The notes under the pieces were generated by a model, which was given only the letters and a program-made list of their open reading frames with translations, was not told where the DNA came from and ran no database searches. A DNA stretch of 64,000 bases. Source: Saprolegnia diclina VS20 (taxonomy: Eukaryota). This document shows, in pieces, positions 1 to 12,392 of this stretch. The DNA lies in assembly GCF_000281045.1 (NCBI RefSeq), contig NW_008246081.1, positions 117,838 through 181,837 on the forward strand. Direction: 5' to 3'. The position numbers were made by a program, and so were the translations under genes. How positions within the stretch are numbered: position 1 is the first letter of the stretch; each line of letters starts with the position of its first letter.

Positions 1-40
1 AAAGCGTTTCGCCACGGTCGTGTCCGTGTACGAGGGTAGC

Positions 41-897
41 TATAGAATCATTCGAATGGATTTTCGGCGAATCAAATAAAGAATTTCTTTGAAATGGTCT
101 TTTCTATTTTATATCCTTCGTTATGTCTTTGATATCCGAAAGTGCAATGGCGCATGCAGCTAATGCAACAACAGTGTTTCAATAAGCAACTATGCACATG
201 GATTATTCGTCTTAGTCCTCGTCAGACGAAGAGTCTTCGTCGGAGGAGTCGTCGTCCACGGAATCGCTGTCGCCAAACAGTAGGCGGTCGTGAATGTCTC
301 AGCCATTGAACGTGGCGATAGACTCAAGAAGAACCTCGAGGCTGCCATCCTCTTCGAGCTCCTCGATGCTGCTGGTGTCGTCGGCCGAGCGTCTCGTAGT
401 TGCTGCTTCTTGCTCTTCAACGTGTCGTCGGCCTCGAGATGCCCAAGCACCACGGCGAGCGGTTGCAAGACGCGCTGCAAAGCTTCACAGCGCTTCTAAA
501 AGAGCTCGGACGAGATGACGGCCGCAATTATCGAGTCAAAGACTAGGTCACGGATAGGCAAGGCACGACTGCTGAAGGAAACAGAGTAAAGACACTCCGC
601 AGGCGGATCACCGGACTGTTCATCTTGTTGATGTCTGACCAGCGAGTTGACGAGAAGAGGAGAGGGACCAAAGCCTTGCCGAGAATTTGCGGCCATGTCT
701 GGTGGTCGCACCGTCTATCGTCATCGTACCGGTACCAGCAATGCAGCGACTCAGACCAGTGCGCACAAGATCCAGCAGGCCAGCATGCCCTAGTTTAGAA
801 AATAGAAAAGAGTCATTTGATATAATTTTAAAAAAGCCTTTTCAAAGAGTCTTTTCAAAGAGTCTTTTAAAAGGGAGGTCATTCGAATGACTCTATA
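41..897 (-). mobile_element. Non-autonomous (internally deleted) hAT-like DNA transposon, 857 bp
   Basis: TIRs TATAGAATCATTCGAATG (41-58) and CATTCGAATGACTCTATA (880-897) match at 17/18. Perfect 8-bp flanking duplication AGGGTAGC at 33-40 and 898-905. AT-rich subterminal regions with repeat TTTTCAAAGAGTC x2 (839-864). Internal minus-strand relic ELF*KRCEALQRVLQPLAVVLGHLEADDTL resembles the hAT transposase FW...L.PL...LE.D segment. Confidence 0.85.
211..600 (-). pseudogene. Decayed hAT transposase fragment
   Basis: TAG at 496-498 sits where the conserved W of the FW motif is expected. Frameshifted acidic tail DSDSVDDDSSDEDSSSDED* at ~211-270. Lies between the TIRs. Confidence 0.55.
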
Positions 898-1293
898 AGG
901 GTAGCCTTACTTCGTGCACCGCGTCGGCTTCGACACCGTTGACCGTTCCCGCTGTTTGCACCAAGCGACTCCAAGCGACGGGTCTGGCGGGAGGTCGTTG
1001 CACCCTTTGGCTTCGCTCGCTTTTGAGAGGCAGGTCAAAGTACCACCTGACGACCACGTTATCAGGAAGTGGAGGCACCCGCGCTGCTCTCTTCGCTTGA
1101 AGAAGTCTCGCCAAACCAAAGAAACGCAAAGGTACGGTCGTCAACGATGCAATTTCGCCGCTCATTTCATGCTAAAGTGGCTTGTGGACAGGACCCAAAT
1201 ATTCGTGGACCAATCAGAGTCAGATCACGACAACGGCTTCAACATCTGTTCAACAAAAGTGACGTCAGACCATGAGGCGTGTCATTCAAGCTG

Positions 1294-1306
1294 TCATTTT
1301 CCAAAT
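1294..1306 (+). promoter_or_regulatory. Oomycete INR-like core promoter element
   Basis: TCATTTTCCAAAT 20 nt upstream of ATG 1314; resembles the oomycete YCATTYY initiator. Confidence 0.4.
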
Positions 1307-1313
1307 CACAACC

Positions 1314-3083
1314 ATGTACCAAGTCAACGCGAGCGTCAAGGGGTCGCTGCCGTTCCAGCCGTGGGCACCCGTTGTCCTCTCGCTCGACGGTCAGCACCTG
1401 CGCGTCGACTACGGCGACACGACCACCAAGTCGTACGACGTTGTCGGGTGCTCGGCCACGACCACCGACGCGACGCCCTTTGTCGTTCGTGTTCAATTTC
1501 GCAACGGCAAGAAGCTCGTCCTCAACATGGGCTCCCACGCGCTCCAGGCGCAGCTCATTCAGCTGCTGACGACGACGTCAGCTCTCGACGACACGGCCAG
1601 CGTCTATGACCAGCTCGTCGGCGTCGCCACCGCCATCACCGACCGCGCTGCACTCGCCAAGAAATCGAATCTTCTGCCGTGTGGCATCTCAGTAACCGAT
1701 GTTCAAGCTCATCTTCGCGGCCTCAAGGATGTCCACGACCACGTTTCTGGTCTGCAGTCGCCGCTCGCACTTTACGAGTGGCTTCTCGACACAGAGGCCG
1801 CTTACGTCGCGCGTCACCGGGACCTGCACGGGGAAGCGCACCCCGAGGTCTATGCGCACTGCGTGTACCAGCAAGACCCGCTCAATTATGCGCTCGGGAC
1901 AACGTCGTCGGTGCGACTGCCCGACTTCAAGACGTTCATCGGTGTCTGCGCCTTTTGCAAGGCCGAGTACGACCGCGGTCTCTTGGAGATCGTGTACCAC
2001 GGCAATGGCTCGTGGCCCTGTCCGCGCTGCCAGCAGCAAATCCGACCCGACGTGTTCTTCAAGAACAAATTTGGCACAACTGCGTTCGACGTCCCGATGC
2101 GCAACGTGCTCGCATCGTGCCCGCAGCCATCGTGCCACACTCGGCTTCCTCTTCCTGCGATACAGCGTCTGCACCTCTCCAGCGGCGCCGCTACTTGCAC
2201 CGTCTGCAACCTCGCAGTGTCGTACGAGACGTACCAGATTGCAACTCTAATTCGCGAACACCCGTCGATTCGCCACCAGAGCGTCCGCAACGCCGATGGA
2301 TCGCACACGGCCCTACTGCCGACGCAGCGCGAGATCCCGGGGAGCGGCCTCTGGTCGGCGTACCTCGAGAAAACAAAAGCATTGGCGCAAGCCAAGTGCG
2401 ACAAGTCGTCGTCGCCGCGACTGGAAAAGTTCGAGGTCGAAACGTACATCGTCGAGCTGGACAACATCGTCGCCATGATCCGCGCCCACGACAACGGCGC
2501 TTTTCCCATCGACCTCGTCCGCGCCATGCACCGCGACCTGCGCTTCGTCGCCCAGNNNNNNNNNNNNNNNNNNNNNNNNNNNNNNNNNNNNNNNNNNNNN
2601 NNNNNNNNNNNNNNNNNNNNNNNNNNNNNNNNNNNNNNNNNNNNNNNNNNNNNNNNNNNNNNNNNNNNNNNNNNNNNNNNNNNNNNNNNNNNNNNNNNNN
2701 NNNNNNNNNNNNNNNNNNNNNNNNNNNNNNNNNNNNNNNNNNNNNNNNNNNNNNNNNNNNNNNNNNNNNNNNNNNNNNNNNNNNNNNNNNNNNNNNNNNN
2801 NNNNNNNNNNNNNNNNNNNNNNNNNNNNNNNNNNNNNNNNNNNNNNNNNNNNNNNNNNNNNNNNNNNNNNNNNNNNNNNNNNNNNNNNNNNNNNNNNNNN
2901 NNNNNNNNNNNNNNNNNNNNNNNNNNNNNNNNNNNNNNNNNNNNNNNNNNNNNNNNNNNNNNNNNNNNNNNNNNNNNNNNNNNNNNNNNNNNGACAAAAA
3001 GCTGCGATGGCTTGATGCTGGGGGTGCTCGGGACGCCGGTGGTCGACGGCCGCGTAGGCGCTTTGCCCGAGATTTTATCTTGA
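1314..3083 (+). CDS. Protein with N-terminal PH-like region, two Cys4 zinc ribbons and probable GRDP/DUF1399-like domain; interrupted by assembly gap
   Basis: Open frame from ATG 1314 to the gap. Cys pairs CAFC..CPRC and CPQPSC..CTVC. PIDLVRAMHRDLRFVAQ just before the gap resembles the start of GRDP-like domains. The 3' end after the gap (..GTPVVDGRVGALPEILS*) is tentative. Confidence 0.6.
   Translation: MYQVNASVKGSLPFQPWAPVVLSLDGQHLRVDYGDTTTKSYDVVGCSATTTDATPFVVRVQFRNGKKLVLNMGSHALQAQLIQLLTTTSALDDTASVYDQLVGVATAITDRAALAKKSNLLPCGISVTDVQAHLRGLKDVHDHVSGLQSPLALYEWLLDTEAAYVARHRDLHGEAHPEVYAHCVYQQDPLNYALGTTSSVRLPDFKTFIGVCAFCKAEYDRGLLEIVYHGNGSWPCPRCQQQIRPDVFFKNKFGTTAFDVPMRNVLASCPQPSCHTRLPLPAIQRLHLSSGAATCTVCNLAVSYETYQIATLIREHPSIRHQSVRNADGSHTALLPTQREIPGSGLWSAYLEKTKALAQAKCDKSSSPRLEKFEVETYIVELDNIVAMIRAHDNGAFPIDLVRAMHRDLRFVAQXXXXXXXXXXXXXXXXXXXXXXXXXXXXXXXXXXXXXXXXXXXXXXXXXXXXXXXXXXXXXXXXXXXXXXXXXXXXXXXXXXXXXXXXXXXXXXXXXXXXXXXXXXXXXXXXXXXXXXXXXXXXXXXXXXXXXXXXXXXXXXXXXXTKSCDGLMLGVLGTPVVDGRVGALPEILS
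2556..2992. other. Assembly gap (437 N)
   Basis: Run of N characters. Confidence 1.
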
Positions 3084-3469
3084 TTATATCCAGTAAATTG
3101 TTGTCGCACGTTGAGTTTCTGAAATTCACTCTGGGCCAAGACGCAATATCAGTCCGCCACCTAATCACCGACCAACAAGTCTGGTCCTATCCTGGTTGTC
3201 ACTAAAAGCTTGCTTGGAACTTGGCGTTCCATGAGCCGGGTGCGTGAACAAACTCTCGCGCGCGGAACGCGCCAGCGGTTTCTAGCCATGATAGGCACTT
3301 CGTCGAAGAAGACGCCCGTGTCGGACTAGCAAATTGGCTCGATCTTCTCGACGGCGTCCTTGCCAACGGTCGCCGAGCGCGCGCCGATCTCGCCCGATAC
3401 TTTTCTCCTAACGGATGTCCTACTGCGAATGCCACTCGACCGCAGTTTGCATTTGCCTCTCGGGTCAAG

Positions 3470-6400
3470 ATGCACCGTGGGCAGTGGCTGCTTTTCGCGC
3501 TCTCGCACTGCGCGGCAGCGGCGTGGACCGACGTCGTCTGGTCCGGCATCAACATTGCGGGCAACGTCACGATTCCGCCCGGCACCCGTGTCACGCTGCG
3601 CAACAGCAACACGATCACCGGCGAGCTCAACATCGCTGCCGGCGCGCTTCTCACCGTGGACCCGGCCGCCAACGCGTACCTTCAGGTGGGCAACCTCGAG
3701 ATCAACGGCGCCTTCTCGATCGGGTCCGAGGCGACACCGTATGCGAACACGGTCACGATTGCGCTCGGCTGCGCACCTGGCGTCTACCCCCCGTCCAACG
3801 AGCGCCGGAATGGCATCCTCGTCCGCCGCGGCGGCTCCATTGCGCTCTATGGGCAGAAGGGACAGTCGTACCCGTGGACGCTCTTAACGGCCACCGCGTC
3901 GGCCGGCGACACATGCATTTATGTCGTCGATCCTGTCGACTGGGTCGTTGGTGACGTCATCGTCATCGCCACGACGGACTATGACCCGCGCTTCTCCGAG
4001 AGACGGACGCTGGTCGGGTTTGGCGCCGACGGCTGCCTCCGGCTCGACACGCCGCTGGTGTACAACCACTTTGGTGAGATCACGGAAGGCATTGACGAGC
4101 GCGCCGAAGTCGGGCTCCTCACTCGCAGCATCCGTTTTCGAGGCTGCACTGGGTATCAAATCGAGCGCCAGAACATTGGCGGGCACCTCATGGTACGTCC
4201 CTTCTCGGACGCGATAAGAGCTTATTGTCAAGTAGATCACCAACGGATTCGCCGCCGCGCAGATCGTTGGCGTCGAAATCTCGGCGTTTGGCCAAGGGGA
4301 CATCGTCGGGCGGTACCCGATCCACTTTCACCTTTGCGGCGCCGCGCCACCGGGCACGCTGCTGCGCGCCAACTCGATTCGGGACTCGTTCATGCGCGCC
4401 GTGACGATCCACGGCACCCAGAACGTTCGCGTCCAGAGCAACGTCGCGTTCAACACGTCGGGGCACGCCATGTTCCTCGAAGACGGCGCCGAGTTCAACA
4501 ACGTGTTTGACGCCAACCTCGTCGTGCTCGTGCGCGAGAAGCTCGACGGACCCTTCCGCCTCGGGTCGGACGACCGCTTTGGCCTCAGCGCCTTTTGGAT
4601 CACGAACGGCGACAACGTGTTCACCAACAATGCTGTCGCGGGCGTCGAAGGCAGTGGGTTCTGGATCCACACGCGGCTCCTCGCCAAGAACCCGAGCTAC
4701 GGCACCGGCTTGTACAATGCACTTGTGCCCTTCAAGACGCCGCTCAAGCTCTGCACTGGCAACCACGTGCACTCGGTTTGGAATGCCTTTCGCATCGACA
4801 GCCCCGACTTTGACGGCGGCGACATGCCGCTCGTGAACGCCGGCGGCGCGTTCGCGCAAGGCTACAGTCCGACGTCCATCACAGTCATCTCCGACTTTAC
4901 GGTCCATCACGCGCGCCAAGGCGGCTGGTTTCGCATCTTTGAGATCGTCCTCGACAACTGGAAGCTCGGCGACGTCCGCGAAGGTACGACTGCTGCTGCG
5001 ACCGACCAAATGCTCATGGAAATTGCATAGGCGTTCAGTTTTTAACGACGGGCAACACGCCGACGGCGCCTGTCAACGGCACGCTGCGCAACTCGCTGCT
5101 TGTCGGCAACACGGCCAACCGCGGCAACCTCGTCGAGACCGAGTGGCAGAGCGTCGCGTTCCTCGAAGGCCGGTCGGAGAGCGCGTTCATGCTCACGGAC
5201 CTCATCAAAATCGGTGTCGTGCTCTATGACGGTCCGCACTTTTTGGAAAACGTCGTCTTCCGCAACTACTACTCCCAGTCGTGCATGGGCGTTATCAACC
5301 CCGCGATCGGCGCCCGGGCGTTCAACACATTTATGATGGCGACGACGACGACGATCGTCAACTGCTCGTTCCCCAACACGGCGTACCCTGTCTACATTCT
5401 CGACCGGCAGAGCGACGGCGGGTTCACCAATGTCGTCCAAGATGCGTCCGGGTCCATCTCGGGTAGACCCTAATCCTCGTCGAGTGCGCTCATGCGCGCG
5501 TAGGTCAACCGGGGGCGATCGTCTTACCCGACTGGGGCCTCTATTACACGCAGCAGTGCCGTCGCAGCCCGTCGTACGGCCTCGCGTGCCCTCATCGCTA
5601 CAACAACTTTGAGATCGTCCAGATCGACACGGATGGCGTGAATCTCGCCAAGTACGGCAACCTGCTCGTAGCCCGCATGGACCGTGACGCGAGCTTGACA
5701 TCGCCGCCGACGCTTTCGTTTGCGGGACAGTACATCCCCGATGCCGGCGGGTACCTCTACCACCCGTCGCTTTCAGTCGGCGCCACGTACGTTGTCAACT
5801 TTTTAACGCGGACGCCTCCGATCCTTCGGTTCAACCTCGTCAATGGGGTCGTCGGCGACGTTCACACGATTGCTGTTTGCTACCCGATCGGGTCGAGAAT
5901 CACGCAGGTCGTCGACGGCCGCGGCGTGGCGCTCAGTGTGATGCCATCCGCGACGGCGACCACGTGCACCAACTGCTTCTTCTTCGACGCTGCTCGCGCG
6001 CTCCTCGTCTTCCGCCTCCAGCAGACCCAAGCGCGATTGGACGCAACCACGGCCTGTCCAGCGTCGGGCTGCCCTAGCGTCGTCATCACCGCGACGTTGC
6101 CGACGACGGGCACCGGCGTCTCGGACGTCAGCACGCGCGCGTACCCCCTCTGGACCAATGCGCTTGTCAACAGTGCGTGGGCGAGAACGACGTTCACAAC
6201 GCGCGGCGTTGAGACGAGTTCGGTGGTCGGCAGCAGTGCCTCGGTGGTTGACACCAACTGGTGCGGCTTCAACGACCCGTGCTTGAACGCCATCGACGCC
6301 GGCAACCTTCACCAAGGGATTCTTGCCTACGCTCTCTCGCCGTGCAACGGTCTGGGCTGCTACAGCGCCACGTGTCGATACTGCAAGCTCCCGACGAGCT

Positions 6401-7230
6401 CATCGTCGCAGCCGTTCGTGCCATGCCCCTTCAAGAGCAGTGCGCCATTGCCCACGACGGCCACGCCAAAGCCTACGCCGCGGCCCACGACACCAACACC
6501 CACGACCATGCCAGTGACCACGTGCTCGGCACTCTTTCCGGCGGAAACCACCACGCTTGGTATCTCAGCTCAAGTCGACACGACGTGCCCCGGGTCTCAG
6601 GCGGTCGGTTGCATTGGCTCGACGCAGTGTCGGTTTTGCGCGACGGCTTGGACTCCGCAGTCGGCCGGCTTTGCGCCGTGCGCGGGCATGACGACTTCGG
6701 TTCCGCCAACGGAGACTCCCAAGACAGGCGCGCCGACAACAACTATGCCGACGACCACACGTCCACCCACAACGACGGCACCGACGCGAACGCTTGCTCC
6801 GACGACAACAACACCGACGCGAACACTGGCACCGACGACAGCTGCACCGTCACCCACAGCTACGTCTGCAATCTGCAGCGTCTCACGCGGCGACTACCAA
6901 GCCGGTCTTGACGTCTTCGCCGATGCTTCGTGCCTCACCCAAGGCGGTCTCGGATGCATCCCGAGCTCGGGTTGTCGCTTCTGTGCGCGGATTGCCACCG
7001 TACCGCCGTCCGTGTACGCCCCATGTCCTCGGTCGTCGATGGTCGCACTAACCGCCAGTGGCAACGACGCTGCCCACCACGTCGTTGCTGCCAGTCTTCC
7101 CACACTAGCTGTACTGGCCGTCGCGCTCACGGCCCTTGCTGTTGCAGTAGTCGTGCTGGCGCACGCGCGTCGGGCCCAGAGCACGACCGCACCTTCTGTT
7201 TGTCAGCCTACTGAGCCTACTGCTGCCTAA
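3470..7230 (+). CDS. Secreted, C-terminally anchored G8-domain + parallel beta-helix protein (CEMIP/TMEM2/PKHD1L1-like) with three Cys-rich modules and a Thr/Pro stalk
   Basis: Signal peptide MHRGQWLLFALSHCAAAA. Family motifs DERAEVGLLTRSI, GGHLM, GRYPIHFHLCG, RAVTIHGT, GHAMFLEDG, SAFWITN. Introns 4193-4235, 4984-5030 and 5463-5503 restore the frame. Hydrophobic TM segment at ~7096-7160. Confidence 0.88.
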
Positions 7231-7304
7231 TCTGAATATACGTGTACATTTTCTCACACAACAATAGTTATGTACAAGGCCAATGCTCTCGGTTTACGTC
7301 GCAG

Positions 7305-10300
7305 TTACCAAAAGCCAAACGCACGCCGGTCGGCGTTGTCGTCGATCGCCTCCGACCCGAGAAAGACGTCTTTCGAGCTCTCGAACGGGAACTTGGTGCC
7401 GCCGAGACTCGCGAGGTCGGCGCCGTCGTCAAAGAACCGGTGCGACGACAGGCGCGACGTCGGCGCTTTCGAGCCAATGAAGCCCGGCGCTTTGCCCGTA
7501 AAGTACGACGATCCAAAGAGCGAGAGCGGGGCTTGGAAGGCGCTTGTAGAGTCGTCGAGAGGGCCCAGCGCCCACATGTCGTCATCCGCGAGCTCCGTCT
7601 CGAGGGAAGCAAGCATGCGCTGCTGCTCCTGCAGCTGCGAGTACGTCAACGACACGGATGACGGATCGGCGTCGGCGGCGCTAAACCCCGGCGGCGCCCG
7701 CACGCGTGACGCTGTCAGCACTGGTGGAGCCACCAGTGGTAGCGCCACTGGTGGCAGCGCCACGTGGTCAAAGATCTCGGAGATGTAGTCGTCGACCTGT
7801 TCCTTGTCGTCGATCACTGGCGCCGGGCAGTCGACAACGACGAGCTCCGAGTCATCACCGTCGCTTATGGCACTCGCGTCGTCGTCCGTACCCGACACGT
7901 CCTCGCTCGTGCGCGTGGAAAGATCGTCGTCAACAGCCGTCGACGTCTCGTCGTCACTCGTTGCTTCTGCGCCAACGTCGTCGAAGGCCGCATCTTGAGT
8001 CGGTGGCACATCGCCCGGCGGCTCTTCGGCAGGCGCCAGCTTGCTCACATTGGTGGCCACGGGAGAAGGTCTGTCGAGTGCTTGGGCTTGCTCTTGGGCT
8101 TCGTCATCGCTCGGAACATCGGGCTCCAAGAGCGTCGGTACATCCAGAGGCACGGGTGTCGCAATGTCGTTCGTGGGCAAATTTGCGACCGGAGATGCCA
8201 GAGACATTTCCGCATCGGGAGATGCGACGCCAATGTCGACCACGATGAGTTTGTCGACTCGGTGGACGATCTCCACCGCGTTCTCGGTCGGCACCGCTTC
8301 TGGCGCATGAGCTGTTGGTTTTGCCGTCGCGTTGCTACTGCCAACGGGTGTCGGCGTCGTCGCCGGCTCGGCCACGCGCAGCTTTTGGGCCGCCTTCTTC
8401 TTTCTCGGTGGTTTCGGTGCGTCGTAGAAGTCGATGCTGGTCGGGCTGAGTGACGAGACGAGTGCGAGGCGCTTGGCGTCGCCAGCGGCCGCCCTCTCTC
8501 GCAGCGTCTTGCGTTTCTCGAGAAGCTTGTTGACCGCCGGACGTCGGAGGACAGTGAAGGCCCAACTGGCGTCCACTTCAGCTTCGATCGACTCCATGTC
8601 GGCGATCAAGACGTCGGGCAGGTCCGTCAACGTCTCACAGTTGCCATCGGTCGCGTCTTCGTCTGGCGCAACGTCCAAACGCTCGTAGCCGAAGCGGTCG
8701 TCCATCGGGCACTGCTTCGTGTCGGCCACGAGGACGTCGCCCGTGTAGTAGAGCATCTGGCCGACGACGAGCGCAAAGCAGAGCCAGATCGCGCACTTGG
8801 CCAGAAGCACATACCAGGCGCTGCCGCTGCGCGCGAGGCAGGCGGCTACGTCCGTCACCATGCCTTGCAGCAGGAGCTCGAGCGGCCCCGACGACGTCAT
8901 GACGGTCACGACAGCGTGCTCTTGCGTGTAGTAGCAGCTTGGCGTATATGTAACGTTCAACTGCAGCGCTGTCGATGGGTGCAGCACGCGCACGCTCGGC
9001 AACGACTCGATGCAAAAGCCCGTGGTTCCGTCGCCGCAGATGCAGTCGGGGCACGAGACACTGAGAACAGAGAGAGGCAGCTCGCCGGCGTTGGAGACGA
9101 CGACAGCGCCGACATTTGCATTCCGAAAGCGGAGTGTTTCGATGCCATCGACGGTCGTAGCGTCAAGCACAGCCTTGCCCCGGCCTCCGAGACCGCGGAT
9201 CACAATCGGCTCAATGTGGCTCAGCGAGTTGCGCAAGTAGATGCGCCCGACGTACTCCTTGACGAGGTCGGGCGCAAATCGAACGGGGCCGAGCTGGCGC
9301 ACCTCCCCCGGCGCCAGGACGTGCTTCTCCATCGCGTCGGGACTCAGCATAAAGTTGAAGGTCGACGCGTCACGCTTGTGCCACGCCGTGACGCACTTGT
9401 CGTCGTCGGCATGGCTGGCGCAAAAGAAGACGTCGTTGCTAGCGTCCTTCTCGATGACGAGCCCGACGTCGATCGTGACGTTGGACGGGTTCTCGACCTC
9501 GAGATACGCGCTCGAGACGTTGCCAACGTGCGTGACGGCAAAGACAAGCGTGCCGTCCGAGAGCTTGGGCCGCGTCATCGGCATGCGCACGAGCATCGGC
9601 GCAATATGCACGAGGTCCGTGTCCAGCTGCACTTTCATCTCGACGATCGTCTGGCCGGACGTCTGCAGCTGAACGAACCGCTGGACGCGATCGCGGTACG
9701 CCTCCAAGTCGGTCCGCGTCACGAGCTGTCCAAACGTCGACAGCGGCGGCGCCTTGTACCCGATCGACTGCGGCACCATGCAGTCGGCGAACCGGTCGCG
9801 GTTGCTGCACGCGAGCGCATACGCGGGCGACACGATGAGCTTGGCCACCTCCGTCGTCGCGTGCGGCTGCAAGATCGAGCTGCCCGAGACGATTTGCATG
9901 CGGCGGTCCGAGACCCGGATGCCCGACACAGCCACGGGATGCGCAAATGTACTAATATACAAAAGCGAGACCTCCTCGGCTTTGCCCGGGTACAGCATCG
10001 GGAGCCGCACTTTGGGGCGCGCCGGAGCTATCGCCCCGTCGACTGCCGTGTATCTTACATGAATATGAATCGTCTCGGTCAGCGTTGTGATCGAAAGAGC
10101 CACCGCGTCCATGCGACCGCCGGCCACCGGGCGGACGCGCAGCGCTAACGACGCCACGTAACCCGGTGCGATCGTCAGCAGCGGCTGCGCTCGGACCGGC
10201 ATGTTCAACTGCACCCTACAAGCGGGCGTCAGGCGAGACACGCATGGAGCACGCGAACTTGGCCATGTGTTCGCTCATCGCGTCGACGTGGGGCTGACTG

Positions 10301-12392
10301 CCGTACGCGGGATGCCGGCGCATCCAGTCGTTTCCGGCGTCACCGACCGACGGCGCGACCGCCATCGACGGCAGTAGCCGGCCCAGCGAGTACCGAATCG
10401 TGTCCGTGAACACGTGCAGCTGCGTCACATCGATCGCGTCGGCGTTGAGGTTGGTCAAATTCAACGTCTCTTGCCGGTGCGTCGAGACGGAAATGTTGCC
10501 GAGGTCCCACAAAAGCGTCCGGTTTGCTGGCTTGTCCAACGACACATCTACTAGACCTTTGGCCGTGTCGACGACGAGACTCGGCGGCGCCCACGCGACC
10601 GAGACCACGTGTTTGGTGCCGTTCGTCTGCACCCGCAACGCCACTTCGTCCGCATACAACACGTGACGGCGGTTGCACGTGACAACGACGTCGGCCCACC
10701 GACCGCCCGGAGCCACCGTCGTCGCATTCGGCCATCGTACGACGGAGCACGATGCGCCTCGCACCGATGCGTCGTCGACGTCGACATCGACGAGTCGCAG
10801 CGGCACGTCAAAGCGGTTGCGAAGCGTAACGACGTGTGTGGATGGCGACGAGGCAACCGCCGTGTACGTCAGCGCCCCGTCGAGTCGCCGCGCCTGGTAC
10901 AAGAGCGAGATCTCGGGCGTTGTCGAGATGTTGGTGTGCAGCGTGAGCGCGCCGGTGGCGAGGCCAGGAAGGGGCGACTGATACGTGAGGATCATGGCGT
11001 TCTTGACGCGCGTGTAGGGCGCAATGACGTGGGATCCTTGGATGATGACCGAGATGTGCGGGTCGGCAACCCGGAGACTCACGCCTTGGACAAGGACGGG
11101 GACGGCGGCCGTGTTGAACAGATCCAGCGCGATATGATGACGCTATACCGTCGACATTTCATATATGACGGTATCGCAAGAGGTATACCTCGTCGTCGGA
11201 CGTCAAGTAGCCAAAGTCCAACCCATGCACATCGGCGTGGAGACCGCCGGGCAGCACCGTGAGGTCCACGGGCAACAGCAGATTGTCGACGCTGGTTTCG
11301 ATGCGCACGAAGGCGTTGAAGTTGCCGGCAACGCCCGAGGCGAACGAGAGCCGCATGATCTCTTTGGTCGCATGGGGCGGGATCTCCCACTGCCCCGCGC
11401 TGTCCGAGTCGGTCGGCGGCAGCACCAGGTGCAGGAATCCCTCAGTCGTAAACACCTCGTTGACGCGGAGCACCTATTGCACAGCGTGAGGCCTTGCGCA
11501 TACGACTCGCCTCGACCTCGTCGTGCGGGTTGAAGAGCAGGAGCGACGGCTCGTAGCGCGTGCCAGGCGGGACGATCGCAACGTGCACGTGGCTCTCGTA
11601 AGCGTTGAAGCGGCCAGTTCCCTGCACCGTATACTCGATGACGCCCCGCGACGTGTGTAAATTCACAGTTGCTCGGGTCGTGCCGGCCTCGCGGGGCAAG
11701 AAGAGCATGTGCATGGAGGTCGAGGCCCCGGGCTTGATGACCATGGGGAAGAAGACGTCGGCAAACAAAAAAGCCTTGTCCGGCACCTCGGCGTTCGTGA
11801 TGACGAGCGCGTCTTCGTCGTCTTCGTAGTCGTCGGCGCCACCAAAGTAACTAATCTCGAGCGTCCGCATCGACGGAATGCCGGTTGCCGTGACGCCAAA
11901 GTCGACCCACGATGGGGCGAGGCGGACGACCGCGTCGCCAAAGGTCACGTCCCGCTCGTCCTTGGTGTTGCTGCTATCAATCGCACCCATCGGCGTCGGC
12001 TCGAGGTGCACGCGCGAGTCCATCTTGCTGAGGCCACGGCTGCCCGCGACGCGAAATGGCGACTCGGGCACGATCGCTGGCGATTTGTACAGCACGCCGC
12101 CGAGCCAGACCTCGACCTTCTGGCTCTGTGGTCGAGGCTTGGGTAGCGCGTTCTCTGCTTCGAACGCCTTCACGGAGGCGTACAGCTCGTCGTAGTCCAA
12201 GTGGCCAAGGCGCATGTCGTCGCCGGTCTCACGCAGGTCCGCGTCGTCGGTCGTCATGGCTGCCGCTCGCTGGAAGTCGCCCATCGGCACGTCGAGCATC
12301 GCAGCCATCACACGCAGTGGCATGCACAGCAGCAAGACAAGCATGAGCGTGTACCCGCGCCCGGGCCTCCATGCGTCGGCTCGTTGCTCCAT
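7305..12392 (-). CDS. TMEM131: TMEM131-like protein (PapD-like/ASH domains, TM helix, low-complexity tail), multi-exon
   Basis: Signal-like N-terminus. Motifs PSWVDFG, FLPREAG..LHTSRGVIEYTVQGTG, LRVNEVFTT, WEIPPHATK, YLEVENPS, YLRNSLSHIE. TM segment AWYVLLAKCAIWLCFALVVG. Several short introns join ORFs 11442-12875, 11159-11473, 10216-11082 and 7305-10241; exact junctions were not all resolved. Start at 12392 or 12398. Confidence 0.8.
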
